DNA of 64,000 nt from the NCBI RefSeq assembly GCF_009914755.1, contig NC_060932.1; one strand, written 5' to 3'. Below are positions 15,321-29,860 of the stretch, one piece after another; the stretch's first letter is position 1, and every line of letters begins with the position of its first letter. A program made the translations under genes and the position numbers. This stretch comes from the human T2T-CHM13v2.0 reference genome, Homo sapiens. Below the pieces are notes generated by a model. That model saw only the letters and a list, made by a program, of their open reading frames with translations. It had not been told where the DNA came from and did no database searches.

Positions 15321-16158
15321 TGTGAGCAAAATGTCTCATTTAGACTTCTCAGCTACCTAACAAAATGCTTACAATTTATCTGCTACTTAATAACTTGCCT
15401 TGACTAAACAGGCTTCTTCTCTCTTTCCCACAGAACCTTGAACTTTTTTCACTTGCCCGTAAGTTTAAATAAGCACAAATGTGCAGAATACAGCCTACCC
15501 TCACCATTAAATGCCCTTTTCAAAAACTTCTGACCAGAGGGAAACATTTCCTATTAGAACACCTCAATCATTCTTTCCATTCAATACACTGTTCCTGTCC
15601 CCAAAGCTTCTGCTAGTCCTTCTTACATGTCCTTATAAAAAGGGACCTTTTTCTGTTTAATATTGAAATGATTGCAGATCTTGTGGTCAGAGCTTTCTCT
15701 CTATTACCACAGCCACTTATTTAAGTATTTATTTTTATTTATTTATTTATTTTTTTGAGATGGAGTCTTGCTCTGTCACCCAGGCTGGAGTACAGTGCTG
15801 TGATCTCAGCTCACTGAAACCTCTGCCTCCAGGGTTCAAGTGATTCTCCTGCCTCAGCCTCTCTAATAGATGGGATTACAGGCATGTGCTACCACACCTG
15901 GCTAACTTTTGTATTTTTAGTAGAGATGGGGTTTCACCGTGTTGGCCAGGATAGTGTTGATCTCTTGACCTTGTGATCTGCCTGCCTTAGCCTCCCAAAG
16001 TTCTGGGATTACAGGTGTGAGCCACCGCTCCCAGCCAAAATTTTCTGTTGAATATTGAGGTGATTGCAGATCTTGTTGTCAGAGCTTTCTCTCTATTACC
16101 ACAGCCTTTTAAAATAAAATTTATCTTTACTTAAGTCCAGGATTGTTTTTATTTGTCA
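15321..16158 (+). mobile_element. Old ERV1-type solo LTR interrupted by an Alu
   Basis: TG...CA termini (tgtgagcaaaatg ... ttttatttgtca), TATAAAA at about 15634 and AATAAA at about 16113. Family not firmly identified. Confidence 0.6.
15718..16036 (-). mobile_element. AluS, full length, with 66-bp flanking duplication
   Basis: (TTTA)n tail and dimeric body. Flanks 15649-15714 and 16041-16106 are direct repeats. Confidence 0.95.
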
Positions 16159-18032
16159 TATTTACTGTTGTTATCATTATTCTTAATTTTTAACAATAGA
16201 AAACTGCATATTACAGAAATTAATTTAGCAAGTATTACATGCATAATAATGTTGATGCTAGAATTTTAATATAGGTCTGTATCACACAGATTTCCACTCA
16301 TCATATAGGCTATTATACTGCCTCAAATGTGATAATATTTATTAGAAAGAGTTATGTGCTTTAAAACACTATGCAGCATTTTCCTTTAAGCTTTTACTAT
16401 ATTCACCACCCTTGTTAATTGTGGAAATGGGTCTTACCAAGCCACCATTGAGTAGAATTGTTAGGCATATATAATTTTTTGGGCACTTGACCACATGTGT
16501 TGATAGTATTCAAATAGTAGAGACCATGTTCCTCTGACACTCAGTGTACAAATACTCTCTTGGCTCTCTGGCAGACGTGTCTGTGATACCCCATCCTCAA
16601 CAGGGAGGGTGGTTTGGGTTGAGCCCTTCATCTGGCCCCCCACCTGGCATTTCCTCCCTCATATCCCTAAAATGTGATCTAATAATCACACTCCAAAAAT
16701 GTATTAAAACTTAGGAGACTGGAAGGACACAATTCTTAAATCCAAATTAATGAACTTAAATCCCATTGGATGAAATTTCAGGAATTTGAGCAAGTAAGGC
16801 TTCTTAGAAATGAGAGTCTTCTATTTCCTCAGTTCAAATTATACTACAGAAGTGAAAAAAAAGTCAAATTATCTGTAGTCTTTGCTTAAGCATCTGTCTC
16901 CAAAATCCTACTACTTTGCACTTTTATTGCAGGCTAAGTGAATTTGTGCCTCTCGGTTTTTCAGCTGTATAAGAAACCAGCAAAGATAAATTCCCTTCTA
17001 TGGGAAACTTTAGGATAATTTATGATCACCATTTTTGTTGCTGATTGTTGTTTAATATATTTGCCTACAAATGAATTACATTTTTATGAATAAGTCATTA
17101 AAAATCTTTGTATAACAGTTCAAAATATGCTAGCTGATGAAATTATTTATCAGTCTAAAACCACATGGTTCCCTATGAGTGCTGTTTTCATGATGTAAAC
17201 CATGTTATATGTAGTCTGAGCTTCCTTTAGTAAAATAGGAGATTTGGGCACAAAAAGAGGGAGATATACCTTAACAACAAAATAAAAATAATTTTGGCAT
17301 TCTGAGGTTAAGGTGCTAACTACAGTTATTGAGCCTTTCCACAAGTAAGAGAACTGAGCATCTATTTTTACTCTGGGATAGAGAGGCAGTCATTGATGTA
17401 TGACTATGTATAAGGATTAGCAATGGGAAACTACTTTTTCAGGTTATGCAAAAAAAAAAATCAAGCATAAGTTAATGGAAACTCTATTGCTATTGTGTTG
17501 TGCCCCTTACTTTGAAATGTGTATTGGTATTCTCCAAAAGTTGAGCGTGGTCAATAAACTATGGAATTATGAAGTATCTTTGGAAAAAGTTTTGCTAAAA
17601 TTAATATAAACAACTGAAGTGCAAAAAAACAAGTTAAATGAAGAGAAACAGGGAAAAAAGGTGAGAAATGAAGCATTCAGTGGTGGAATTTCAGCTAATT
17701 AATAACAGCTTCTTTAGGCTGATTTTATTATCCATTGAAACAGACAATTAAACTTTGCAACTTGAAATAAATTTAGGTTTAAAAATCTGAGTCAAATTTT
17801 TGAAAAAATATATATTATATAAACTCTTTGTCGTCTCAAAAAAGAGCACATGTATAATAAGTATATATCTATACCCATATACTTCTGTATATAATGTAGA
17901 TATATATGATTTCATAAATTAAAATAATATATATCTATACATTGTTGATAATCTAGCTTTAACTATATTAATGTAAGAAATTATTTTTAATTTGAAAAAG
18001 TTGTGGCTCTATATTGAATATTGAAAAAATAC

Positions 18033-18418
18033 ATAGTTGTGCCTTACCTAACAATGGAGATACACCCTGAGAAATGCATAGTTAGGTGATTTCATTATTG
18101 TGTGAATGTCATAGAATGCACATACACAAACTTAGATTGTACAGTCAACTGCACACCTAGGCTATATAGCCTTTTGCTCCTAGGCTACACACCTGTACAG
18201 CATGTTACTACATGGAATATTTTAGGCAGTTGTAACATAATGGTAAATATTCATGTATCTAAACATATCTAAACATATAAAAGATACAGTAACAATATAG
18301 TATGAATGATTTTAAAAATGATACACATACATAAAACAGCTCCATTATAATATTATGGGACCACTGTTGGGTATGTGGTCTATCATAGACTGAAACGTCA
18401 TTATGCAGCACAGGAAAG
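18033..18418 (-). mobile_element. Tigger3a-type (TcMar-Tigger) non-autonomous DNA transposon
   Basis: ctgagaaatgcatagttaggtgatttc, ctcctaggctacacacctgtacagcatgttact, tatctaaacatatctaaacat and tatgggaccac...gactgaaacgtcattatgcagcac, with flanking TA. Confidence 0.85.
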
Positions 18419-19406
18419 TATCTTTTCTAATTTTACTTTAAATTTTTTTCCCTATTTTTAATATCTCCTACTATCATAGTTTCCCCTTCTCATACTCACC
18501 TCCTTTAAAAACTATTATTTCACTGGAATTCTAAATTTAATATTTATAAATTTACCAAGTCCTACTTCTTCAGCAGAACGAGAGAAAAATATTTTCAGGA
18601 ATCACATCTGTAATCTGTCTTCAAGTTTTTCTGTGGAACCCCTATTTTGAGTGAGCGGTGCTTATTTTAAACATTTTGGAACTAATTCAAGAGGCAATAT
18701 GTGGCAGCTTACTTGTCCAAGATCAGATCATTCATAGTATGTGTAAAATTAGAAAAAATAGCAAATTCAGTGTTTATGGAAAATAAATTAAACATCTTTT
18801 TATTGTCTCTAGATTACTGTTTGTTTCTTTTCAGTTCTTGGTTAGGTATTAGGAAGGATTCACATGCCACTAACAAAAACAGATAATGTAGGTATAGACA
18901 ATGTATAAAATGTGAATAAAGGTATTAAACATATATACAATGACTTGTATTTTGACAGATTTACTATAAGGTTGATAAAGAACTCATAGGTACATCTACC
19001 CAGACAGCAGTTGGAAATACCAGCTTATAGTTCAGGAGATAATTTTCTTCCATAAATGTTAAATTTGGGAATTGCATATTTGGTCAGTAAGGCTTTATTG
19101 CATGTTTATCACCATTTTATATACTAGAGATAAAGCTGCATTGAGGTTTGACAATCTTTCTCTGATTCTAGGGAATTGAAATTAATATATATATACAAAT
19201 GAAAAGATAAATACATTAAAAGGTGAAGTAATTAAAATTATATAATTAGATGAAACAAGTTATCTGTTAAAGAGTGACTGGGCAAGGAAAGAGTTTTGTT
19301 TGGGTGGCCAATAACTTCTTTCTACTTTCTGTCTAAAAGATGACTTTTCAATAGAGATCCAGCTGTGTGAAGAATTAGGAAAAATATATTAAAATTAAAA
19401 AAAATA

Positions 19407-19960
19407 TATGATAGGAAGAATTCAAAATGGCCCCAAGAGCCCTGCCCCATTATATACATGCCCTGCATAACCCTGGGAATGTGAATAAAATAGATTTTAT
19501 TCAGGTAATTAGGTTTATTTATGGCACCATTGATTTTTAAAAGGTAGATTATGTGGGTAGGACTGGTCTAACTGCATAAACCTTTTAAATCTTGGTCTGG
19601 AGGTCAGATATAAAGGAATTGAAAGATTGAATCAAGAGAAGGATTCCATGATTCATTATTATATTTGAAGTTGGAGGGAGTCATATGGCAAGGAATGTGA
19701 GCAAATTCTTGGAGTTGAATGGCACAGAGTGAGAGCCGGCAGGGGAACAGGGATCTCAGACCTATAGCTGCAAGGCAGTAGATTCTCCTGGCAACACAAA
19801 TACACTTGGATATGCATTCTTTCTTTCTCAAGCCTCTAAATGAGAATACAGCCCACCATTACCTTCATTCCTGGCTTGTAATATTCTGAGCAGAGAACTT
19901 TACCCACTGGGTTGGACTTCTGACATACAGATTTGTGAGCTAATACATGGGTGTTCTTGT
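19407..19960 (+). mobile_element. MLT1E/F-type MaLR LTR
   Basis: agaattcaaaatggccccaaga, aaggtagattatgtgggtaggactggtctaa, cagatgagaatacagccca-like and ggacttctgacatacaga motifs. Confidence 0.8.
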
Positions 19961-20300
19961 ATTCTGTTGTGTGTGTGCTAATGTTATGCAGCATTAGGAC
20001 ACTATTATGGAAGGCTACTAGAAAGATCTCATAGTAGAACTTCATCCCAGCAAGTTCCATGAATGGAAAAAGGGACAGTAGGGCTGGAGAATGGAGAGTT
20101 ATGATAGGAGTAGAAATTGGAGTCATAAATACAAAGGCACTAAATAAAGACCTGCTGACAGATAAGATTCCCTTCAGAGTTCTGGAGCGTGAAAAAAAAA
20201 GAAGAAGAAATGATATAGAACAGCATGCTGTTAGGAACAGATAGAAGGGAAATAACCAATGAAGGAGCCTAAGTTTTGTTAAAGTTACTTGGAAGAAAAT

Positions 20301-20302
<2 letters not shown>

Positions 20303-20333
<31 letters not shown>

Positions 20334-20437
20334 AGACGAGCTTCACTCTTGTTGCCCAGGCTGGAGTGCAATGGTGCGATCACAGCTCAAGGCAGCCTCC
20401 GCCTCCCTGGTTCAAGTGATCCTCCTTCCTCAGCCTC
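20303..20437 (-). mobile_element. 5'-truncated Alu (part of right arm) with long poly(T)
   Basis: About T30, then gagacgagcttcactcttgttgcccaggctggagtgcaatgg...cctcagcctc. No TSD found. Confidence 0.9.
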
Positions 20438-20965
20438 TATTATATTTAATCATTTGGGAGTTTTAATAGTCAGTTTTATGACACTTTCTCTTATTATCTG
20501 TTTGTTCTATTTTAACCCCTGCATGAAAGCAATAAACAGTACAAATATTCAAAATTTGGAGAGCATGTTAGGAACGGTCTGACTTAAAATGTACAGAATA
20601 TACTGTCGAGTTTTATTTTGAGAGGTGTGCATAGGTGTGAGTAGTGTGCGAAGGTTAGAAATACTTTTAGGAGGTAGAAAGAACATCTGCAACTTAAGTA
20701 AAATGAGAGGCCTTCAGAGACTTTCAATATGTATTAAGAATACATAAAGAAAAATTTAAAACCAGCAAATTCTGACTTCAAATATGGAATCAATATTGAA
20801 AGTTACTAAGTAAGGCGCTATGAATTTCAGCAGTTTATTATTAGATAACTAGATAATTATGTCACATGCTCCAGGATTAGTTGCAACAGAGATTTTATTC
20901 ATTGCAATTAGTTATATGCCTGAAATGACAAAAGGTCAGCAAGCACTCAATAATCTCAGTGGAGG

Positions 20966-21336
20966 GTTATGTTGATTGGCTCTGTGTCCCTACCCAAATT
21001 TCATGTCAAATTGTAAGCCCCAAGTGTTGGGGGAGAGACCTGGTGGGAGGTGATTGAATCATGGCGGTGGTTTCCCCGACATGCTGTTCTCATGATAATG
21101 AGTGAGCTCTCACGAGATCTGATGGTTTAAAAGTATTTGGCAGTTCCCCCACCTTTATCTCTCTCCTGCTTCACCATGGTAAGACGTGCCTGCTTCCCCT
21201 TCACCTTTTCCCATGATTCTAAGTTTCCTGAGTCCTCCCCAGACATGCAGAACTGTGAGTAAATTAAACCTCTTTTCTCCATACATTACCCAGTCTCAGG
21301 TAGTTCTCAATTGAAGTGTGAAAACAGACTAATACA
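20966..21336 (+). mobile_element. THE1 (THE1C/D-like) solo LTR
   Basis: ttggctctgtgtccctacccaaat, tctcacgagatctgatggtttaaaag, attacccagtctcaggtagttct and terminal gactaataca. Confidence 0.9.
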
Positions 21337-21492
21337 GAGAATGCTAAATAAGATGAAAAGGGAAATTGGTGTAGATAACAAAGAGCCGATGGACTTTGTG
21401 TTTGCAATACAGAACAGAAACCCTTCGGAAAAACATTTTGCCAGAATAGCGCACATTAAAAAAATATCTAGATGAGCAGATATCACAGCTGG

Positions 21493-21868
21493 TACTATGG
21501 AGTGGATGTTTTGTGTCTTTTCAAAGTTCATGTGTTGAAGCCTAATCCACAATGTCATAGTATTTGGAGGTGATGCCTCCAAATTAGGTAATTAGGTCAC
21601 AGGGTAGAGCCCTTCTGAATGGGATTAGTGTGTTTATAAAAAATAGAAATGAGAAAGCTTGCTTCCTTTGCTTGCATTCTTCAAGGTAAGGATATAATGA
21701 GAAGATGGACATGTGTAAACCCAAAAGTGAGCCCTCACCAGGCAAGAAATATTCCAGAACTTGGATCTTGAACTTCCCAGCCTCAAGAACTGTGAGAGAG
21801 GAAATGTTTGTTGTTTAAGCCACTAAATCCATGATATTTTATTATAGCAGCCCAAGCTGACTAAGACA
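21493..21868 (+). mobile_element. MLT1A/MST-type MaLR solo LTR
   Basis: aagttcatgtgttgaagcctaatcc, gaatgggattagtg, cttgaacttcccagcctcaagaactgtgaga and terminal tatagcagcccaagctgactaagaca. Confidence 0.85.
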
Positions 21869-21929
21869 GAGGGTTTTATATTTTCATGTGCAGAATAAAT
21901 AACTTATTGAAATATCAACCTGACTATAT

Positions 21930-22130
21930 CACTCTATACCACTTACCAGCCCTACGACCTTGGCCAAGGTGTGTAATCTTTCTACATCTCGATGTCCTAA
22001 TTCGTTAAATGGAGCTATTAATACTTAGGCTTTAATCTCTAAAGATTGAAAATATAATACATAGAAAACACTTAACCTGTGGCCTAATATACTGGCTTTC
22101 TCAATAAATCATAGTTATTAATAATATTAA
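21930..22130 (+). mobile_element. MIR relic
   Basis: ctctataccacttaccagccctacgaccttggccaag...gttaaatggag...ctcaataaatcatagttattaat. Confidence 0.6.
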
Positions 22131-24224
22131 TAATAGCATATACTACCTAAAAATCCTCAATACCCTATCTATAAGTGAAGTAGCCAAAAGCCTGATGGGT
22201 ACAACAAATGAAGTTATTCTTATGGAGTGGGAGTGCATTGGGCTGGGAGTCTCTTCCCATATCAGTGTCTAGATTCTTCTTTAGGTGGCCCACAGTGCCC
22301 CAAGCAGCACAAATAGAAAACCATTGTCCTGAGAAAGCAGTCAGTTAACAAGCTATCTTTGTAATGGTGCAAGACAGAAGAATGTTAAGTACAACCCCAT
22401 GTCAGTGACTCAAGTCAGTTACTATAGTGGAAATAATTTGTGCCAATCTTATTACTATTTTAATCTTTCTTTTTCTTTTTTAAAATGTTAATATATTTAT
22501 TTCATTATCTGCAGACTCTGGCATTGTACTCCTTACAGAATCATATATACAATTTAAACAAACCTATCAAAATGACTTCTGGCTTTTAAAGTGATATGTT
22601 ACGATCTCTGGGTTCAGGTGCATAGTGTAGTTCTAAATGTTTGCTAAAAGGTCTCTAAATTTGTCTCAGCTTTTTCCTTTGGGCATTAAGACCTGACTTA
22701 GCTATATATCCCAATGACACAGACTAGAGCTTTTACAGACAATGTTTTCTATTAAATGCAGCATGGTCTAGGATAAAGTGTCTTAGGTGATTTCTTATTA
22801 GGCTTTTTACTTTGGTTGTCTTTTCTTCTAAGGAGAAAGAAAGGAGATAGCAGAAACCTATTTCTGCATGGGCTTTGTTCCACCCTGTGGTATTTCTGGT
22901 CCAATGAGAGATTAGTTGCCTACCTGAGTAATTAAGTTACTAATTTGGCAAGGCATATTGTTTTTATCTTTTTTTCTATGCTTTTTTTCCTCCACTATAT
23001 TCCCTAGGCCTTTCTTAGGAATGGCTTCATTAACATTGAATTGGTTTTCTTTATGAAGGCTGGAGCTCCAAGTAGCTTTTTAAAGATATTTTACAAGCTG
23101 TGCAGCCTTTTGCTAATTGATTTTTTGCCCTTTTTTAAAGCAGTCTTAAACATGTGGATCAAGCAAAAGATAAAATATTTTGAATCTAATACTGAATAAT
23201 TATACAAAAGTAATGACTTCATGCTGTTGTTATACATTTATTAAAATAAAACTTATATGCAATGTTCAAAATTTAACATGGCAATTTAAGTTTATAAATT
23301 GTAAAATGTGAGTAATTGTTTTTAATCATATTTGAAATAAATAATTATTTCCTCAAATGCTTTAACTAATTGATAAACTAATGCGATTGAACCATTAAAT
23401 ATCAACATTGAGATTTGCTAGATGCATATTGGATCAGATTATAATAGACTGTGGATAAGAATTAAGCCATGGACCTTGCCTTTAAGAAATTGAAATTCCC
23501 TTGGTGGAGACTAAACTAATGCCTACTAAGCTTCAATAATTGAGATGATCGCTAAATATTTACTAAATGTTGTTTTCCATAGTATCAACCCAACAAAGGG
23601 ATCAGAGAATATATAGATTAGAAAAAAATACATTGTTAGAGTATATTCTTTCAGCAAATACTTATGGAGAAAGTGAAAGTTGGTTAGACAAAACATGAAT
23701 GTGAAAGTTAAGAGACCAGTGTTCAAGGCAAGATCTTGGATTGAAATGAGGAGAACAGAAATCAAATACAGAATGAAGAATGAGAGATGATCATACTTGA
23801 ACTTGGAGCACAGGCTGAGATTTTAGGTCTGTAGTTTGGACTATAAGAGGTGGCTATTTCTACAACTCTAAGGCGTCACAGGTACCTAGGATTTCTTTGT
23901 GGCTCATTGAGTTCTGTGTCTTGTTGCACAGTAAAAGACAATCTTATTGAATGACTTAACTTCAAGATCCACAGGACAATTTGAAGGTCAGGATACAAAA
24001 AGAGTACATAAGGCCTCTTGGGAGCTTGTTGGTCCATAAGATTGCTGTGGGGAAGAGCTGTGACTGAGACTTAACTCATAAAGAGTAAGTATTTAGAATT
24101 CTTAACCCCATTGCATTTTTAATTCTCTTACCTTTTACAATTTATATGACAAAAGAAATCTTTCATTTTTTTACTATAGGACTGACATGTTATGTTGAAT
24201 TGACTGCCTATGTCAGAGATACAA

Positions 24225-25452
<1,228 letters not shown>

Positions 25453-25509
25453 CAATTCCTAGCTCATATAAAACATATTTATTAGGACATTTACAGAAAT
25501 GATAATTTA

Positions 25510-26384
25510 ATTTTTATTATTTTTGACTATTATTTTAGGTTCAAGGTGTACATGTGCAGATTTTTTGCATAGGTGTTTGCATGTCACTGTCACTGAAGTT
25601 TGGTGTATGAATGAACCCAACATTCATATAGTAAGCATAGTTACCAATAGTTTGTTTTTTTAACCCTCATTTCCCCCACCACCACTCTCCCCATCTAGTA
25701 GTCCCCAGTGTCATTTGTTCTCATGTTTGTGTTCTTGTGCACTCAGTGTTTACCTTCTACTTATAAGTGAAAACATGTGGTACTTGGTTTTCTGTTCCTG
25801 TGTTAATTCCCTTAGGATAATGACCTCAAGCTGCATCCAAGTTGTTACAAAGAACAGGATTTTATTCTTTTTATGGCTGCATAGTATTCCATGGTGTATG
25901 TGTAACACATTTTCTTTATCTAACCCACCATCGATGGGCACTTAGGTTGATTCCATGATTTTCCGATTGTGAATAGTGCCGTGATTAACATACAATTGCA
26001 TGTGTCTTTTCGGCAGACTGGTTTATTTTCCTTTGGGTGTATACCCAGAATGAGATTGCTGAATCAAATGGTGGTTCTAAGTTCTTTGAGAAATCTTCAA
26101 ACTGCTTTCCATAGAGGTTGGACTAATTTACATTCCCACCAATGTATAAGCATTCCTTTTTTCCCCCACAACCTCACCAGCATCTGTTATTTTTTTGGCT
26201 TTTTAATAATAGCCATTCTGATAGGTGTGAGATGGTATCTCATTGTGGTTCTGATGTGCATTTCTCTAATGATCAGTGATCTTGAGCTTCTTTTTTCATG
26301 TTTGTTATCTGCATGTATATCTTCTTTTGGGAAGTGTCTGTTCATGTCCTTTGCCCATTTTTTAATGAGGTTATTTGTCTTTTT
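25510..26384 (-). mobile_element. L1PA/PB 3' end (antisense)
   Basis: T-rich tail, ttttaggttcaaggtgtacatgtgcag, tatggctgcatagtattccatggtgtat and gtgtctgttcatgtcctttgccc. Confidence 0.9.
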
Positions 26385-27045
26385 ACAGTCTCAATACTAT
26401 TATTATCAAAATACCAATGTAATTTTTTACAGAATTAAAAAAATATTTTAAAATTCAAATGGTACCAAAAAAGAGGCCAGATAGCCAAAACCGAATAGTA
26501 TTGGTACAAAAATAGACACATGGACCAGTGAAACAAGATATAGAGAACCCAGAAATAAAGGTGTACACCTACAACCATCTGATTGTCAACAAAGTTGAAA
26601 AAAATAAGCAATGGGAAAAGAACACTCTATTCAATAAATTGTGTATTGATAACTGTCTAGCCATATGCAGAAGGCTGAAACTGGGCCCCTATGTTTTACC
26701 ACACAGAAAAATTAACTCAAGATGGATTAAAGACTTAAATATAACACTAAAACTATACAAATCTAGAAGAAAATTAAGGAATTATCATTCTGGACATGAA
26801 TCTTGGCAAATAATTTATAACTAAGTCCCCAAAAGCAATTGCAGCAAAAACAGAAATCAATAAATGGGACTTAAACTAAAGAGCTTCTTCACAGCAAAAG
26901 AAACTATCAATAAGATAAACAGACAACCAACAAAAACAGGGAGAATATTCACAAACTATGTATCTGACAAAGGTCTAATACTCAGAATCTATAAGAAAGT
27001 TAGACAATTCAACAAGCAAGAAATAATCTTTAAAAATTAACAAAG
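26385..27045 (+). mobile_element. L1 ORF2 C-terminal fragment (sense; possible inverted segment of the adjacent L1)
   Basis: ORF 26528-26824 is ORF2-like ([34 protein letters not shown]). Confidence 0.85.
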
Positions 27046-28170
27046 ATATATTGGTACTCACTGTGATATCATTAATAATAATCATGGTTATCATTTTGAA
27101 TAGTTTTGTGTAAGCAGTGTTTATTCATATAAACTCAGTCACAAAATATGAAAACATTATTAAATGTGGATCAAAGTTGGAATGTAATAAAATAATGTGT
27201 CAAATACATATATTTTATGATTAAGTTAAATTAATTATAAATATTTGATAGACAAAATAAAAGTATAAAATATTAATAACTGTAAAGTATTGCTTATATT
27301 GTGAACTTAAGGTTGGTAGATTCTGGCCATTCATCCTATGTAACCCTACAGCATTATTTAAATTTTAAATATGATTTTAAATAAATACACATTTGTTTGA
27401 GCCTTAAAGAAAGGTTGATACTATAGCTAAAATCAACAAATGCTCAATAAAAGCAGTGAATATTATTTTTTCAGTAAATTTGAAAACTGTTTGATTCAAA
27501 AACATTTCATAACATTATTGGATGTTACTTTAGATGTATACACTCTTAAAAGAGAACAACTACACAAATAACTCCACTGAGTTGAATCAATAATCAAAAT
27601 CTATGCCAAAAGAAAAAAATAATTTATAAAGTATCTTTCCTTATCGGATGCTTTAACATATAAAATATAGTAACAAAATACAGTTGTGTTCTATTTTATT
27701 TGTCTTATTCGAATGGAGAATGGTAGTGTTAAACTTACATTATTCTAATCTCAGTTACCTCTACTAAATACCAATTTAGTCTTAAAATAAATACAAAGTA
27801 TTGATATTTTTATTCAAATCCTCAGAGTTTTATTCTAGTTTCATTCTTTGAAGGATTTTGCCCAAAGAAATATGTACATAATTTGTAATAAATAAAAATT
27901 AAGAATGTTATTAATATTTTAATGTTAAACTAAATTCTCAAATAAATTTGGAACATCAAATAGTAAACTATATTCATATACCTTTCAATTTTAAACATAT
28001 TTCAAACATGTAAACCATTCCTATTTCTAAATAAGTTTAAAATATCAGGAGAATGCAATAAATTTCTTTTTAGTTACACTTAAGATCAGTTATTCTCATC
28101 AGCTAAAAATGTGTTAATTTTTAATATGCTTTTCACTGGGTTTCATGAATTAAGATTCTTTTCTTTCTTT

Positions 28171-28495
<325 letters not shown>

Positions 28496-29210
28496 TTTTC
28501 TCTTTTTTCTTTGACATTTTTACAACGTCCTCTATTCTTCTGAATGCATGCGCCTTATCCCAAATAGAAATTATCTTTTCAAACTACCACTACCTAATTG
28601 TTTCCGAAAACAAGTACCAATGTTATTTGTCCGTGAAGTATTGTGATGCCAACTAATAAAGAAAATAATGTTTCACTAAATCCAAAGACTAAATGTGGAG
28701 AAATTATTTGGGTTGAAAGACTTGTTTATATTTAACACAGTCTTAAGTCTTTGTTAAATATTTCTCATTGCCTCACAAAATAGTTGTCACCCTAGATTTT
28801 ACACTGAATAAGAAAAAAAATCAATGGTGGTCCACAGAGCCTAGCTTACACTTGCAAAGATACTTCTCTAAATTTCCTGATACAACACTGCATACTTTAT
28901 CTAACAAAGTGACAAAAAAACATCAGTTGAAAGAAGAAAGTATGAAGTAGAACGGATTATCAGTAGGTTTTTACTATAATTGATTATGAAGAATTAATTC
29001 AAAGTACATATTCATTTAACCCAGTTATCAATAGAAAGTGAAATCTATGATGCCACTCACTGCTTTATAAATATATGCTTTTATGCATCTCCAAAATTCC
29101 ATTTGCTTCTCACTGTGATAACTTCTGGAACTCAAACTCTGTTATTAAAAAAATTCCCTATGCCTTCAAAAATTTCCTGAATATTACCCTTGCTTTTTAA
29201 AAGATAAAAT

Positions 29211-29860
29211 GCAGTTATTTCTTATGATTAATTCTGCAATATATTTTGAATTGACTTTTGTATATAGTATGAGGTATAGGTCCAATTTTATTCTTCCACA
29301 TATGAATATGCAATATTTCCAACACCATTTATTGAAGAGGCAATCCTTTCTCCATTGTGTGTTCTTGGCACCTTTGGCAAAGATAAATTGACCATAAATG
29401 CACAGATTGATTTTTTGGCTCTCTATTCTGTTCCATTGGTCTACATGTCCGGTTTTATGCCAGAATCATGATATTTTGATTACTATTGTTTTTACTATAT
29501 TTTGAAAACAGGTAGTGTTATGATGCAGCCTTGTTCTTTTTACTCAAAATGATTTGGCCATTTAGAGTCTTGTGTGGTTCTATAAAAATATTAGGACTTG
29601 TTTTTTCTAATAGTATTTTGGTGACATTGTTAGGGTTTTCTATACATAAGAGCATATTATCTACAAATGGAGACATTTGATTTCTTCCTTTCCTGTTTAG
29701 ATGCTTTTTATTTCCTCTTTTGCCTAATTGCTGTGGCTAGGACATTAAGTACTGTATTGAACAGAAGTGGCAAAGGTGGACATCTTTGTCTTAGTCTTAG
29801 AAGAAAAGCTTTCAATTTTTTATGATTTAAATATGATATTATCCAGGGGCTTGTTGTATA
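29211..29860 (-). mobile_element. L1MA inverted 5' segment (ORF2)
   Basis: Antisense ORF2 (ccaacaccatttattgaagag, tgcctaattgctgtggctaggac). Preceded by TT/AAAA and TSD aaaagataaaa at 29199-29209. Confidence 0.85.

Noticed and set aside
21337-21492. THE1 internal region between two MaLR LTRs
   Set aside because: The flanking LTRs are different families and the spacer does not resemble MaLR internal sequence.
25969-26451. 160-aa hydrophobic ORF
   Set aside because: It is an antisense reading of L1 sequence, a common artefact.
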